Assembly: GCA_964393465.1 (NCBI GenBank)
Contig: CAYMTT010000002.1
Location: forward strand, 1-47,510
Direction of reading: 5' to 3'
Source of the DNA: an uncultured Candidatus Saccharibacteria bacterium
GTDB lineage: Bacteria > Patescibacteriota > Minisyncoccia > Minisyncoccales > MHMH01
Length of the DNA: 47,510 bases
Part shown: piece by piece, positions 1-8,931 of the stretch
Position numbering within the stretch: the stretch's first letter is position 1
Layout of the letters: each line of letters starts with the position of its first letter
Notes under the pieces: model-generated
Database searches by the model: none
What the model saw: only the letters and a program-made list of their open reading frames with translations
What the model was told of the DNA's origin: nothing
Program-made: the position numbers and the translations under genes

Positions 1-69
1 AAAATTTAAGAATTTTTGATAAAATGAGTTCGAGCGGAATCATAAATATACTCCATAAAAAAAGGAGGA

Positions 70-327
70 ATGATGGAAATAAAGCTTGAAAGAGGGAATT
101 CTGAAACCCGGATAACGGTTTCGGGACTGGAAGGATTAGGGCCCCTGAAATACTACATTTCCGAACGCAGCATTGCCCTTGACTGCCGCAACCTTTCAGA
201 CAGGGAACTGCACCAAATAGTCGAAAAAGTAAAGGAGATGACGCGAGCCTCGAAAGATACGCCTCCCGTATACCGAGAAATGCTGCAAGAATTAAAAAAA
301 ATCATGCGTATTCGAGACCAAAGATAA
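70..327 (+). CDS. hypothetical small protein (85 aa)
   Basis: Listed ORF. AGGAGG at 63-68 lies directly upstream of tandem ATGs (70 and 73). A hairpin terminator follows. No motif I recognise. Confidence 0.5.
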   Translation: MMEIKLERGNSETRITVSGLEGLGPLKYYISERSIALDCRNLSDRELHQIVEKVKEMTRASKDTPPVYREMLQELKKIMRIRDQR

Positions 328-364
328 AAATTCTCGCTAAACCGAACGGTTCCCGACGAATAAC

Positions 365-393
365 AAAAGAGCCGGAATATTCCGGCTCTTTTC
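365..393. terminator. bidirectional intrinsic terminator between convergent genes
   Basis: Palindrome GAGCCGGAA (369-377) / TTCCGGCTC (380-388), with an A-run upstream and a T-run downstream. Confidence 0.6.
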
Positions 394-394
394 T

Positions 395-667
395 CTATTT
401 CACCGCGTCTTTCAAAATCTTTCCCGCTTTGAACTTGGGGGCTTTTCCCGCCGGAATCTTTATCTTCTCTCTTGTCTTTGGATTCACCCCCTGCCTTTCT
501 TTTCTTTGAGCCACCGAAAACCTTCCGAATCCGGTAAGAGCGACTTCTTCCCCTTTGGAAAGGGTTTTAATTATCTCTTCCAAAACGGCGTTCAAGACCT
601 GACCGGCCTGGTTTTTGGAAAGGCCGGTTTTCCTGGCCGTTTGCTCAATCAATTCGTTTTTGTCCAT
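395..667 (-). CDS. hup: HU-family nucleoid DNA-binding protein (90 aa)
   Basis: Typical HU sequence: MDKNELIEQTARKTGLSKNQAGQVLNAVLEEI...GFGRFSVAQRKERQGVNPKT.E.I.IPA...PKFKAGK. Confidence 0.92.
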   Translation of the reverse strand: MDKNELIEQTARKTGLSKNQAGQVLNAVLEEIIKTLSKGEEVALTGFGRFSVAQRKERQGVNPKTREKIKIPAGKAPKFKAGKILKDAVK

Positions 668-673
668 ATGGTT

Positions 674-2701
674 TTAAAACATTAAGAATAATGGAATGAA
701 AATGACGGCTATCTTGCCGATGAGCTTGATCAAAATGTTGAGAGAGGGGCCGGCGGTATCTTTCATGGGATCTCCGATGGTGTCTCCCACCACGGCTGCC
801 TTGTGGGCCTCAGACCCCTTGCCCCCGAGATTGCCCGCTTCAATGAATTTTTTGGCGTTATCCCAGGCTCCTCCGGCGTTTGACATCATCACAGCCAGCA
901 AAAATCCTGCGACCAGCCCTCCTATCAGAACTCCTCCCAGCCCTTCTATCCCCAGAAAGATGCCGGACAATATGGGAACTGCCACTACCAAAATCCCCGG
1001 AAGCACCATTTCTTTCAATGCTCTTTTGGTGGTCAGATGGACTGTTTTGGAATAATCGGGCTTGGCCGTCCCTTCCATCAAGCCCGGAATTTCCTTGAAC
1101 TGTCTCCTTACCTCCTCAACCACCGAAAACGACCCCCTCGATACCGCTCTCATGGAAAGAGCGCAGAAAAAGAAAGAAAGGGCCGCTCCCACCAAAAGAC
1201 CTCCCAGCACCTTGGGATCTATAATGCTGGCAACTATGACTTGAGAAGTCTCGCGGGAAACCGTTTCAAAAAAGGTGGCGATCCAGGCCAAAGAAGCCAA
1301 ACCGGCAGACCCTATGGCAAATCCCTTTCCGGCGGCCGCCGTGCTGTTTCCGACAGAATCCAAAGCGTCGGTCTTTTGCCTGACTTGGTCTGGCAAATCT
1401 GCCATTTCGGCAATTCCGGCTGCATTATCCACAATGGGGCCGTAAGAATCGGAAGACAAGTTTATCCCCAGAACGGCCAAAATACCGACAGATGACAGAG
1501 CTATCCCAAAGAGCCCTCTGCCCAAGTCCTCGGATCCTCCCAAGAACAAAAAAGCGGAAATCATGGCGACAGCCACCCCCAAAGCGGGCAAGGCAACAGA
1601 GATCATCCCCTGGGAAAGCCCTTCTATGATATTTATGGAAGATCCGCTTTCTGCAGCCTTTGCTATTCCCTGGACGGGCTTGTTCCTGTCGGAAGTATAG
1701 TATTTGGTTGTCTCCCCTATCAAAACGCCTACTGCCATTCCCGACAGCAAGGCCCAAAACATCCCCTGATCTCCGAATTGCTGGCAGATGAACCAAGCGG
1801 CTCCCACCATTAACAAGTTGGCCACTATCATTCCTCTTTCCATGGCTTTTCTGACAGATTCTGTCTGTTCCTGGAAAGAGAGGCCTTCTTTTTCTTTAAC
1901 TTTGACAAGGAAATTCCCGATTATGGAAGCTAAAATTCCGGCAGATGCCAGCAACACGGGAAGTATGAGCCCTTTTTCTCCGAATAAAGGGACTCCCAGG
2001 ACTATGGTAGCGATTATGGCAGAAACATAGGATTCAAAAAGATCGGATCCCATTCCCGCGACATCCCCGACATTATCCCCGACCGCGTCGGCAATAACAG
2101 CCGGATTCCTGGGGTCGTCTTCCGGAATATTTTTTTCAATCTTTCCCACCAAATCGGCTCCGATGTCTGCAGACTTTGTATATATTCCTCCTCCCACTCT
2201 CAAAAACAGGGCGATAAAAGAAGAGCCGAAAGCGTAGCCTATCAGCAATTGCGGATCTTTGAAAATAAGCCAAACGACCAAAAGCCCCAAAAGCCCGAGA
2301 CCGACAACCAACATTCCCATTACGGCTCCGGCCTTGTAAGCTACCCTGAAAGATTTGGAAAAACTGGAAATGGCCGCATTGGCGCATCTTCCGTTGGACA
2401 TTGTCGATATCATCATTCCAAAGTATCCTGCCAATCCCGAAACTCCCGCTCCCACCAGGAAGGTTATGGCTTCTTTGGGATGTCCGGTGGCGAAAATAAG
2501 GCCGGCGGCAACCAAGGCCAAAACCACCACCAAAAGCTTAAATTCTGCTTTCAGAAAAGCCTTGGCTCCTTCCCTGATATGAGAGGAAATTTCCTGGATT
2601 TTTTCAGAGCCGGGAGAAATTCTTAAAATCTGCCTGCTTAAAACAAAGGCAAAAAGTATCGCGGCCAGCGATACTAAAAAAGAGAAATATATGTAGCTCA
2701 T
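674..2701 (-). CDS. hppA: membrane-integral H+/Na+-translocating pyrophosphatase (675 aa)
   Basis: Polytopic protein with motifs GDNVGDVAGMGSDLFESY, SNAGGAWDNAKKFIE and GDTIGDPMKDTAGPSLNILIKL. GNSTAAAGKGFAIGS has Ala at the position associated with K+-dependent enzymes. Confidence 0.93.
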   Translation of the reverse strand: MSYIYFSFLVSLAAILFAFVLSRQILRISPGSEKIQEISSHIREGAKAFLKAEFKLLVVVLALVAAGLIFATGHPKEAITFLVGAGVSGLAGYFGMMISTMSNGRCANAAISSFSKSFRVAYKAGAVMGMLVVGLGLLGLLVVWLIFKDPQLLIGYAFGSSFIALFLRVGGGIYTKSADIGADLVGKIEKNIPEDDPRNPAVIADAVGDNVGDVAGMGSDLFESYVSAIIATIVLGVPLFGEKGLILPVLLASAGILASIIGNFLVKVKEKEGLSFQEQTESVRKAMERGMIVANLLMVGAAWFICQQFGDQGMFWALLSGMAVGVLIGETTKYYTSDRNKPVQGIAKAAESGSSINIIEGLSQGMISVALPALGVAVAMISAFLFLGGSEDLGRGLFGIALSSVGILAVLGINLSSDSYGPIVDNAAGIAEMADLPDQVRQKTDALDSVGNSTAAAGKGFAIGSAGLASLAWIATFFETVSRETSQVIVASIIDPKVLGGLLVGAALSFFFCALSMRAVSRGSFSVVEEVRRQFKEIPGLMEGTAKPDYSKTVHLTTKRALKEMVLPGILVVAVPILSGIFLGIEGLGGVLIGGLVAGFLLAVMMSNAGGAWDNAKKFIEAGNLGGKGSEAHKAAVVGDTIGDPMKDTAGPSLNILIKLIGKIAVIFIPLFLMF

Positions 2702-2717
2702 ATTTTTAAATTAATTA

Positions 2718-4247
2718 TTATTTCGCGTACTCAATTACCCGGCTTTCCCTGATGACATTCACTTTTATCTCGCCAGGGTACCTAAGCTCTTCTTGGATTC
2801 TGCGAGCTATCTCTTTTGCCAATTGGTGGGCTTGAAGGTCTGACACCTGATCTGGCTTAACAAACACCCTTATCTCTTTTCCTGCGTGTAAAGCCCAAAC
2901 TTTATCCACTCCGGGAAGGTTGGCAGCTATCTGCTCCAAATCTTCCAATCGCTTCAAATAATGCTCCAAAGTATCTTTTCTGGCTCCGGGCCTGGCTCCC
3001 GATATCTGGTCGGCGGCCTGTATAATCGCAGCCTCCAGGGTTTCATAAGGATAGTCTTCGTGATGGGATTTCATGGCCTGAATAATTTCCTTTTCTATGC
3101 CGAATCTTTCCAAAACCCTGATTCCGATATCCACGTGGGAACCTTCCACCTGATGATCAACCGCTTTTCCGATGTCGTGCAAGAGTCCGGCTTTTTTGGC
3201 CACCTTGACGTTGCCCCCGACCTCGGCGGCCAGGGCGCCTGCCAAATGGCTCACTTCTATTGAATGCAGGAGGACATTCTGCCCGAAACTGGTCCTGAAT
3301 CTCAATCTTCCCAAAAGCTGGACCAATTTGGGATCCAATCCGATGATTCCGGTGTCGTAAACGGCAGCCTCCCCGGATTCCTTGATCTGGGAAACCACTT
3401 CCTCCTGAGTTTTCTGGACTATCTCTTCTATTCTGGCGGGCTGTATCCTGCCGTCGCTTATCAATTTTTCCAGAGAAATCCTGGCAATATGCCTTCTCAA
3501 GGGGTCGAATCCGGAAATGACCACGGCCTCGGGGGTTTCATCAACCACTATTTCCACTCCGGTGAGCTTTTCCAAAGTCCTGATGTTTCTCCCCTCTTTC
3601 CCTATAATCCTTCCTTTTATTTCGTCCGAAGGCAGAGAAACCGTGGTCGTGGTATTCTCCTGGGATTGGGAAAGGGCGCACTTCTGGATGGCCTGAACGA
3701 TTATTTCCTGGGCCCGGCGCTGAAGCTGATCTTTTCCCTCTCTCTCAAGCTTCTGTATCTTTTCCATCATTTCCTGCTCGTATTCTTTTTCGCAGCCTTT
3801 CAAAAGCTCTTTTTTGGCCTCGTCCCTGGAAAGGCCGGCCAATTTCTGGAGCTTCTCCAAAGATTCCTCTTTTATCTTTTCCAGGCTCTCTTTTATCTCT
3901 CTGAGCTTCTGGCTTTTCTGCTGGAGCTCTTGGTCCCTCTTTTCCAAAGAGGAAGATTTCTGTTCAAGAGCGTTTTCCTTTTTTATCAGGAACTGCTCTG
4001 TTTTTAGGAATCTCTTTCTGGAAAGGTCTTCTTCCCTTTTTGTTTTTTCCAGGGCGGCCGAAGCCTTTCTTTGGGCTTCTTCAATTATTCTTTCCTGCTC
4101 TTTCTGGGCTTGAGAAACTTTCTCTTGAAGCTTCTGCTCTATTGTCCCTATTCTTTTTTTGGCTATAGACTGGCGAGCGAAATATCCCAAAACCGATCCT
4201 GCGGTCAAGGCGATCACGCCCACTGCCAGCGGGATAAATTGGTTCAT
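2718..4247 (-). CDS. rny: ribonuclease Y (509 aa)
   Basis: N-terminal TM helix, long E/K coiled coil, KH domain (GKEGRNIRTLEKLTGV) and HD domain (LLHDIGKAVDH). Confidence 0.93.
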   Translation of the reverse strand: MNQFIPLAVGVIALTAGSVLGYFARQSIAKKRIGTIEQKLQEKVSQAQKEQERIIEEAQRKASAALEKTKREEDLSRKRFLKTEQFLIKKENALEQKSSSLEKRDQELQQKSQKLREIKESLEKIKEESLEKLQKLAGLSRDEAKKELLKGCEKEYEQEMMEKIQKLEREGKDQLQRRAQEIIVQAIQKCALSQSQENTTTTVSLPSDEIKGRIIGKEGRNIRTLEKLTGVEIVVDETPEAVVISGFDPLRRHIARISLEKLISDGRIQPARIEEIVQKTQEEVVSQIKESGEAAVYDTGIIGLDPKLVQLLGRLRFRTSFGQNVLLHSIEVSHLAGALAAEVGGNVKVAKKAGLLHDIGKAVDHQVEGSHVDIGIRVLERFGIEKEIIQAMKSHHEDYPYETLEAAIIQAADQISGARPGARKDTLEHYLKRLEDLEQIAANLPGVDKVWALHAGKEIRVFVKPDQVSDLQAHQLAKEIARRIQEELRYPGEIKVNVIRESRVIEYAK

Positions 4248-4293
4248 AGTTTCTATGGTTTGGCGCTAGGCCAAAGTTAATTTTCATGTTAAT

Positions 4294-4322
4294 AATATAC
4301 CAAAAAATTCAGGGCTTGTCAA
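4294..4322 (-). promoter_or_regulatory. sigma70-type promoter upstream of rny
   Basis: On the - strand: TTGACA (4322-4317), 17-nt spacer, then TGgTATATT with the -10 at 4299-4294. It lies about 45 nt upstream of the rny ATG. Confidence 0.55.
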
Positions 4323-4354
4323 AAACCCCGTCATTGCCCGGATTTTTTCGGGAA

Positions 4355-4939
4355 TTAGATCTTTGTTTTTATCACTTCGTCAATGATTCCGTAGTCTTTG
4401 GACTCTTCTGCGGAGAGATAGAAATCCCTGTCGGTGTCTTTTTCTATTTTACTCATTGGCTGCCCCGTGTGCTTGGCCAGAATTTTGTTCAGCTTCTCCT
4501 TTATTCTCACTATCTGCTTGGCCGTAATCTCTATTTCCACGGCCTGCCCGGTAGCGCCTCCGGCCACCTGGTGCAGCAGAACCTGGGAATTGGGCAGAGC
4601 GAACCTTTTGCCTTTGGCTCCGGCCGCCAGCAGAGTGGCTCCCATGGAAGCTGCCATGCCCACGCAAACGGTGGAAATGGGAGAGCGGACGTATTGCATG
4701 GTGTCGTAAATGGCCATGCCGGCGGTAACTACTCCTCCCGGAGTATTGATGTACAGCTGGATGTCTTTCTTGGAATCCTGCGAAGCCAAAAACAGCATCT
4801 GGGCAATGATGGAGTTGGCTATGGTGTCGGTGATAGGGCCTGCCAAAAAAATTATCCTCTCTTTCAAAAGGCGGGAATAAATATCGTAGGCCCTTTCGCC
4901 GTACTGGCTTTTTTCTATTACTGTCGGAATTAAATTCAT
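4355..4939 (-). CDS. clpP: ATP-dependent Clp protease proteolytic subunit (194 aa)
   Basis: Full-length ClpP. Catalytic Ser context GMAASMG, His in LLHQ, Asp in DTDRDF. Its ATG overlaps the tig stop (ATGA). Confidence 0.94.
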   Translation of the reverse strand: MNLIPTVIEKSQYGERAYDIYSRLLKERIIFLAGPITDTIANSIIAQMLFLASQDSKKDIQLYINTPGGVVTAGMAIYDTMQYVRSPISTVCVGMAASMGATLLAAGAKGKRFALPNSQVLLHQVAGGATGQAVEIEITAKQIVRIKEKLNKILAKHTGQPMSKIEKDTDRDFYLSAEESKDYGIIDEVIKTKI

Positions 4940-5808
4940 TTTTCCTCTCCCCGGCTTTCCAATTTGGCCAGGGTTTTTTCGTTCTTTATTATTTCTCTAG
5001 CATACTCTTTCTTCTGGTTCTCGTCAAGATTGGGGTAAATCCTGGAAACGTTTTCCATTTCCTTTTCCACTTCCTGATCGGAAGCTTCCACGCCCTCTTT
5101 TTTCTCTATGTTCTTTAAAACCAGGAAGTTCTTAACCCTTTTTTCCGCCTCTCCGGCAAAAGACTCTTTCAGTTCCTCTTCGGTTTTTCCGGCTTGCTTT
5201 AAATAGTCCTCGAATTTAATCTGCAGGGTTTTGGGGACCTGGTATTTGAAGTTTTCAAGAATCCTCTTTTTTTCCGTCTCTATTAAAACCTCCGGTATCT
5301 CTGCTTTCACTTTTTCGCTTATCTTGTCGATCATCTCCTGCCTTCTTTTTTCTTTTTCCACGTTTTCTTTCTGCTGTCTGAGCTGTTCTATCTCTTCCGG
5401 AGTGACCTCGATTTTTTTCTTTTCCACCTGGGAGGCTATCTTTTTGTAGTCTGGCAGCTCTATTTCCGGAAGCACCGAAAGGGTGGCTTTGAATTCGAAG
5501 GCGTTGCCCGGCGCCATTTTCAGTATTTCGATTTTTGGCTGGCCGAAAGGCTCGATCTTTTTTTCCTTCAGGGCCTGCAGGTATTTTTCCCTGATGCAGT
5601 CTTCTGCCGCTTTCTGTAAAATCTGCTGCTCTCCGACTTTCTGCTCGATCATTTCCTTGGGAGCTTTGCCCTGCCTGAAGCCTTCCATTTTCAATTCGCT
5701 GCCCAAACTTGAAACGGCCTTGTCGTAAAAAGGCTGGAATTCTTCGGGGGCGAGCTCTATCTTGAGTTCGACTTGGGATTTGGGAAGTTTTTGAATCGAA
5801 ATTTGCAT
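4936..5808 (-). CDS. tig: trigger factor, short form lacking the FKBP/PPIase domain (290 aa)
   Basis: The N-terminal ribosome-binding domain has the GFRQGKAP signature. The sequence runs from about residue 135 straight into the helical C-terminal arm domain. It shows tig-clpP synteny. Confidence 0.8.
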   Translation of the reverse strand: MQISIQKLPKSQVELKIELAPEEFQPFYDKAVSSLGSELKMEGFRQGKAPKEMIEQKVGEQQILQKAAEDCIREKYLQALKEKKIEPFGQPKIEILKMAPGNAFEFKATLSVLPEIELPDYKKIASQVEKKKIEVTPEEIEQLRQQKENVEKEKRRQEMIDKISEKVKAEIPEVLIETEKKRILENFKYQVPKTLQIKFEDYLKQAGKTEEELKESFAGEAEKRVKNFLVLKNIEKKEGVEASDQEVEKEMENVSRIYPNLDENQKKEYAREIIKNEKTLAKLESRGEEK

Positions 5809-5814
5809 AAAGAA

Positions 5815-6960
5815 TTAAGTTAAGAATATTAAAAGGGTTAAAGCGCCGGCAGTTAAGCATTTTACCGGAAACTGCCTGGAATCCTTTTTCGAGATTGCCA
5901 GCAAAATCGACGTTGCCAGGCTTCCGGCTGCAATTCCCGCCGCACCCTGAATTCCCAGAAACATTCCGGTAAAAACCAAAATGATTAAAGGAAGAACAAT
6001 CTTATGAATTTTTTTTCTCAGCAGGGGAAAAAGGAAAACGAGAGCCGTTCCTTCCAGAAAGCCCGCCGAAAAGGCCGGATTAAAGGAGATTCCGTTTCCA
6101 AATTCCTCCGCTCCCTGGAGGTATGTTAACAAGAGAAGAAATAATGTCAAAAACCCCGAAGCCCGAAGGTAAATTTTGGAACCGGAAAAAAAGAAAGGGA
6201 GGGCCGAAACGGAAAAAACGGCAACAGTTAAAAAAGACAGCAAAAAAATACCGTTTTTTGAAGCTTCAAGAACAGAAGAGAAGTTGATCAAAACGAAGGC
6301 AAACCCTAAAGCGGAAAGCCCGAGGGTGAAAATCTTTTTTTTCTTTTCCTCAAAACCGAAACGGCCGACGACGACAAAGGCCAGAACGGAAATCGAGGCC
6401 AAATAAAGGGGAAAAAGCAAAGCCGGAGTTCTGCCGGGAAAATTCAAAGAAACAAGCAGGGCCGCCCCCGCCAAAACCAAAAGGCAGTTTTCGAAAAGCC
6501 GAGGCAAAGAACCCGCTTTCTCTTTTAAAAAAGGATGGAAAGAGATTAAAGCCGAACAGAAAAGCAAACCCAGAAAAAGAGCAACGAAGTTCTCTAATTC
6601 CGGCCCGAAAAGATAAAGAAAAAAAGAGCCCGACAGCAAAGCGAAGCCCGTGGTCAACAGAACGTCCGATCGTCTTTGGAATTCGAGCAGGCAGGCGGTG
6701 GAATAAAAAAGGAGGAACAGAAAAACTCCGGTTAAAAAACTCCAAGCGGAAGAAAACCCCCCAAAAAACCACAAAAACGGAGCAACGGCAAAAGCGGCGG
6801 CGCTCAGAATTTTCAACCGGCCTTTAAAAAAAGCTATTGTTTTTTCCCTGGCCCGGCACAGCTCCCCGGCCTCTTTGCCCGAAGGAACGGATTTCCTTTT
6901 AACGGATAGCAGGGAAAAGAAAATGGCCAGCAGGGAAACTATTACCGGAAGCAAATTCAT
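5815..6960 (-). CDS. polytopic membrane protein of unknown function (381 aa)
   Basis: Listed ORF with about 10 hydrophobic segments. It sits in an operon position between nusA and tig. No diagnostic motif. Confidence 0.6.
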   Translation of the reverse strand: MNLLPVIVSLLAIFFSLLSVKRKSVPSGKEAGELCRAREKTIAFFKGRLKILSAAAFAVAPFLWFFGGFSSAWSFLTGVFLFLLFYSTACLLEFQRRSDVLLTTGFALLSGSFFLYLFGPELENFVALFLGLLFCSALISFHPFLKEKAGSLPRLFENCLLVLAGAALLVSLNFPGRTPALLFPLYLASISVLAFVVVGRFGFEEKKKKIFTLGLSALGFAFVLINFSSVLEASKNGIFLLSFLTVAVFSVSALPFFFSGSKIYLRASGFLTLFLLLLTYLQGAEEFGNGISFNPAFSAGFLEGTALVFLFPLLRKKIHKIVLPLIILVFTGMFLGIQGAAGIAAGSLATSILLAISKKDSRQFPVKCLTAGALTLLIFLT

Positions 6961-6970
6961 TTATGAGAAA

Positions 6971-8203
6971 TTAGGCTTTTTTCTTGGCCTTCGTCTTTTT
7001 CTTTTCTTTTTTGGGTTTTTCTTTTTCCTTTTCCTGGCTTTCTTCATCTGGCTCTGCGCTTTCTTTGTCGGGATCTGCCGCTGCTTTTATTTCGGAGCTT
7101 TCCGGAGAGCGCACGTCTATTTTCCAACCGGTGAGTTTGGCAGCCAGCCTGACATTTTGGCCTTCCTTGCCGATGGCCAGGGAAAGCTGATCCTCGGGAA
7201 CCACGGCCAAGGCTTTGTTTTTAGGCATGATTTTTATCTCCAGAATTTTAGCCGGAGAAAGGGCGTTGGCAAGATATTCCTCGGGATTTTCCTGCCATTC
7301 GATAATATCTATTTTTTCCCCTCCCAGCTCGTTGATGACAGCCGACACCCTGGTGCCTCTCTGGCCCACCATGGAGCCTATGGGATCGACTCCTTCGGCG
7401 TCGGAGGCCACGGCTATTTTTGAGCGGGAACCCGGCTCCCTGGCTATCGATTTTATGACAACAGCTCCCGTGGATACTTCGGGAACTTCCAGTTCGAAAA
7501 GCTTGGTTATCAGCTTGGGATAAGCTCTGGAAAGAAACACAGCCGGACCCTTTGGAGTTTCCTCAACCTTCAAAACATAAACCTTAAGCCTCTGGCCCGG
7601 CCTGTAAAATTCCCCTGGAACCTGCTCTTCCTTGGGCAAAAGCCCCAGAGTTTTTCCTATATCCATGAAAACCGTCCTTCCTTCAACCCTCTGGACAATG
7701 CCGGAAATTATCTCCCCTTCCTTGGACTTAAACTCATTGAGTATGTAGTCCCTTTCGGCTTCCCTGATTCTCTGCAAGACCACCTGTTTTGCCGTCTGGG
7801 CGGCTATTCTTCCATAATCTTTGCGGGCTTCCAGCCGCATTTCCAGGTCCTCGCCGGCCTTGATTTTCGGATTTATCTTTTTGGCCTCCTCGAGCATGAT
7901 ATGCTTTTCCGGATTGAACCTTATCTTTTTTTCTTCCTCTTGGGGTTCTTTTTTTTCTTTCAGGTCTTGAAGCTCTTCTTCGGAATAAATCATGTCTTTG
8001 GTAACCACTTGCTTGACCTGCCAAAACTTCAAATCCCCGGTTTCGGAGTCGAGGCTGGCTTTCACTATCTGGCCTTTTTTGCCGTAGTCTTTTTTGTAGG
8101 CGGCAGCCAGGGCCATTTCAATAGTGTCCATTACTTTTTCTTTTGGAATCCCTTTTTCTTCGGCTATCTGGGCGATGGCCGAGGCGAAATTTTTTAAATC
8201 CAT
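6971..8203 (-). CDS. nusA: transcription termination/antitermination factor NusA (410 aa from internal start)
   Basis: MDLKNFASAIAQIAEEKGI... N-domain, S1-like region and two KH motifs (GQRGTRVSAVINELGGEKIDII; GKEGQNVRLAAKLTGWKIDV), plus a K/E-rich tail. Start moved to Met33 of the listed ORF (ATG at 8203), because the upstream extension is non-homologous. Confidence 0.9.
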   Translation of the reverse strand: MDLKNFASAIAQIAEEKGIPKEKVMDTIEMALAAAYKKDYGKKGQIVKASLDSETGDLKFWQVKQVVTKDMIYSEEELQDLKEKKEPQEEEKKIRFNPEKHIMLEEAKKINPKIKAGEDLEMRLEARKDYGRIAAQTAKQVVLQRIREAERDYILNEFKSKEGEIISGIVQRVEGRTVFMDIGKTLGLLPKEEQVPGEFYRPGQRLKVYVLKVEETPKGPAVFLSRAYPKLITKLFELEVPEVSTGAVVIKSIAREPGSRSKIAVASDAEGVDPIGSMVGQRGTRVSAVINELGGEKIDIIEWQENPEEYLANALSPAKILEIKIMPKNKALAVVPEDQLSLAIGKEGQNVRLAAKLTGWKIDVRSPESSEIKAAADPDKESAEPDEESQEKEKEKPKKEKKKTKAKKKA

Positions 8204-8302
8204 ATTTTTGTTTTGTTTAAAAAATAATGTCCGTTCCCACGGACAAAAACTGAATCTCTTAACTGAATTAAGAATATCATTTCCCAAAAGCCCTGTCAAG
8301 GC

Positions 8303-8331
8303 TTGACAAAAATATGTTTTCGTGATATAGT
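8303..8331 (+). promoter_or_regulatory. near-consensus sigma70 promoter with extended -10
   Basis: TTGACA (8303-8308), 17-nt spacer, TGaTATAGT (-10 at 8326-8331). Confidence 0.65.
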
Positions 8332-8336
8332 CGAAT

Positions 8337-8452
8337 ATTAGCCTTCGGCCATATGGGAGTCAGGCCTCAATTCCCTCCTTGATTGAGGACCCCTTTCGGG
8401 GATACGGGCTCTATGCCTAACGGACTCCCAGTTGATCGAAGGCTAATTTTTT
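8337..8452 (+). ncRNA. structured RNA of unresolved class (stable sRNA or cis-leader of the downstream mini-ORF)
   Basis: An 11-bp closing helix (8337-8347 with 8437-8447) runs into T6. Inner helices are 8355-8361/8423-8429, the hairpin 8365-8388 and the hairpin 8390-8401. It starts about 7 nt after the -10 element. Confidence 0.5.
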
Positions 8453-8465
8453 AAAGGAGGCCCAA

Positions 8466-8597
8466 ATGGCAGGAAAAGACAGGGAAAGAAAAATCAGAAA
8501 AAGAGTCAAAAACAAAACCATGAAAAAGCACGGATTCTCTTTAAAAAGAATTCCGGGACTCTGGCGGGAGCGCCTCGAAAAAAAACGCCGCAGGTAA
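8466..8597 (+). CDS. unlisted 43-aa highly basic peptide (MAGKDRERKIRKRVKNKTMKKHGFSLKRIPGLWRERLEKKRRR)
   Basis: Hand-translated. Perfect SD AAGGAGG at 8454-8460, 5 nt before the ATG. Stop TAA at 8595-8597, 1 nt from the convergent gene. Too short for the ORF track. Confidence 0.4.
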   Translation: MAGKDRERKIRKRVKNKTMKKHGFSLKRIPGLWRERLEKKRRR

Positions 8598-8598
8598 A

Positions 8599-8889
8599 TC
8601 ACCTCGGCGTTCTTTTTAAAATCCGGTAGCAGAGAAACTGAAGATTGACCGCCAACACTATCAAGGCTCCCAAAGTATAGTTGAGCCTGATAACCAAGTC
8701 TTCTGTGAAAAACCAAGACCTCAGGGACAGCACTGCCATTCCGAAAAAAAGGAGCCCGAACATTAGCCAGCTCACTCCTTCGGTGGACTTTCTTTTGTAA
8801 TTAAGTATAAGCTGAGGGAGGCTGGTGACCAAGAGGGCGGCCATGGCCGCCCAGGAGAGAATTTCAAAAAAAGCTGACATCGATTTCAT
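8599..8889 (-). CDS. PQ-loop / SemiSWEET-type small transporter (96 aa)
   Basis: Three TM helices and a PQ motif in the first helix (TSLPQLILNYKRKSTEG). The size is typical of bacterial SemiSWEETs. Confidence 0.75.
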   Translation of the reverse strand: MKSMSAFFEILSWAAMAALLVTSLPQLILNYKRKSTEGVSWLMFGLLFFGMAVLSLRSWFFTEDLVIRLNYTLGALIVLAVNLQFLCYRILKRTPR

Positions 8890-8902
8890 TTTATCATAAA
8901 AA

Positions 8903-8931
8903 AGAAAAGCCCGGAATTATCCGGGCCTTTT
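8903..8931 (-). terminator. intrinsic terminator after the PHP gene
   Basis: GCCCGGA (8909-8915), loop ATTA, TCCGGGC (8920-8926), flanked by A/T runs. Confidence 0.6.

Noticed and set aside
1-69. Possible promoter hexamers (TTGATA at 16-21; TATACT at 47-52) upstream of the first ORF.
   Set aside because: The spacing between the good -35-like and -10-like hexamers does not fit 16-18 nt, and the window edge truncates the context.
5255-5860. A 201-aa R/G-rich alternative-frame ORF inside tig. Similar same-strand or antisense ORFs occur inside pnp (16542-17279), hppA, rny and the PBP gene.
   Set aside because: These are shadow ORFs of confidently identified genes, with biased composition and no motifs.
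6971-8299. The listed 442-aa NusA ORF with a 32-aa N-terminal extension.
   Set aside because: The extension (MTGLLGNDILNSVKRFSFCPWERTLFFKQNKN) is not NusA-like. Canonical NusA begins at MDLKNFASAI (ATG 8203).
8337-8452. Possible small SRP (4.5S) RNA, suggested by the end-paired hairpin-like shape and a GUCAGG motif.
   Set aside because: There is no GNRA-capped helix-8 with the conserved GGAA...AGCAGC-type loops. The same check failed for the elements at 20767-20886 and 43541-43702. A covariance-model search is needed.
8417-8716. A 99-aa - strand ORF across the structured RNA and the mini-ORF.
   Set aside because: It overlaps the 3-prime part of the SemiSWEET gene in another frame as well as the promoter-driven RNA. 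It has no motif and odd composition.
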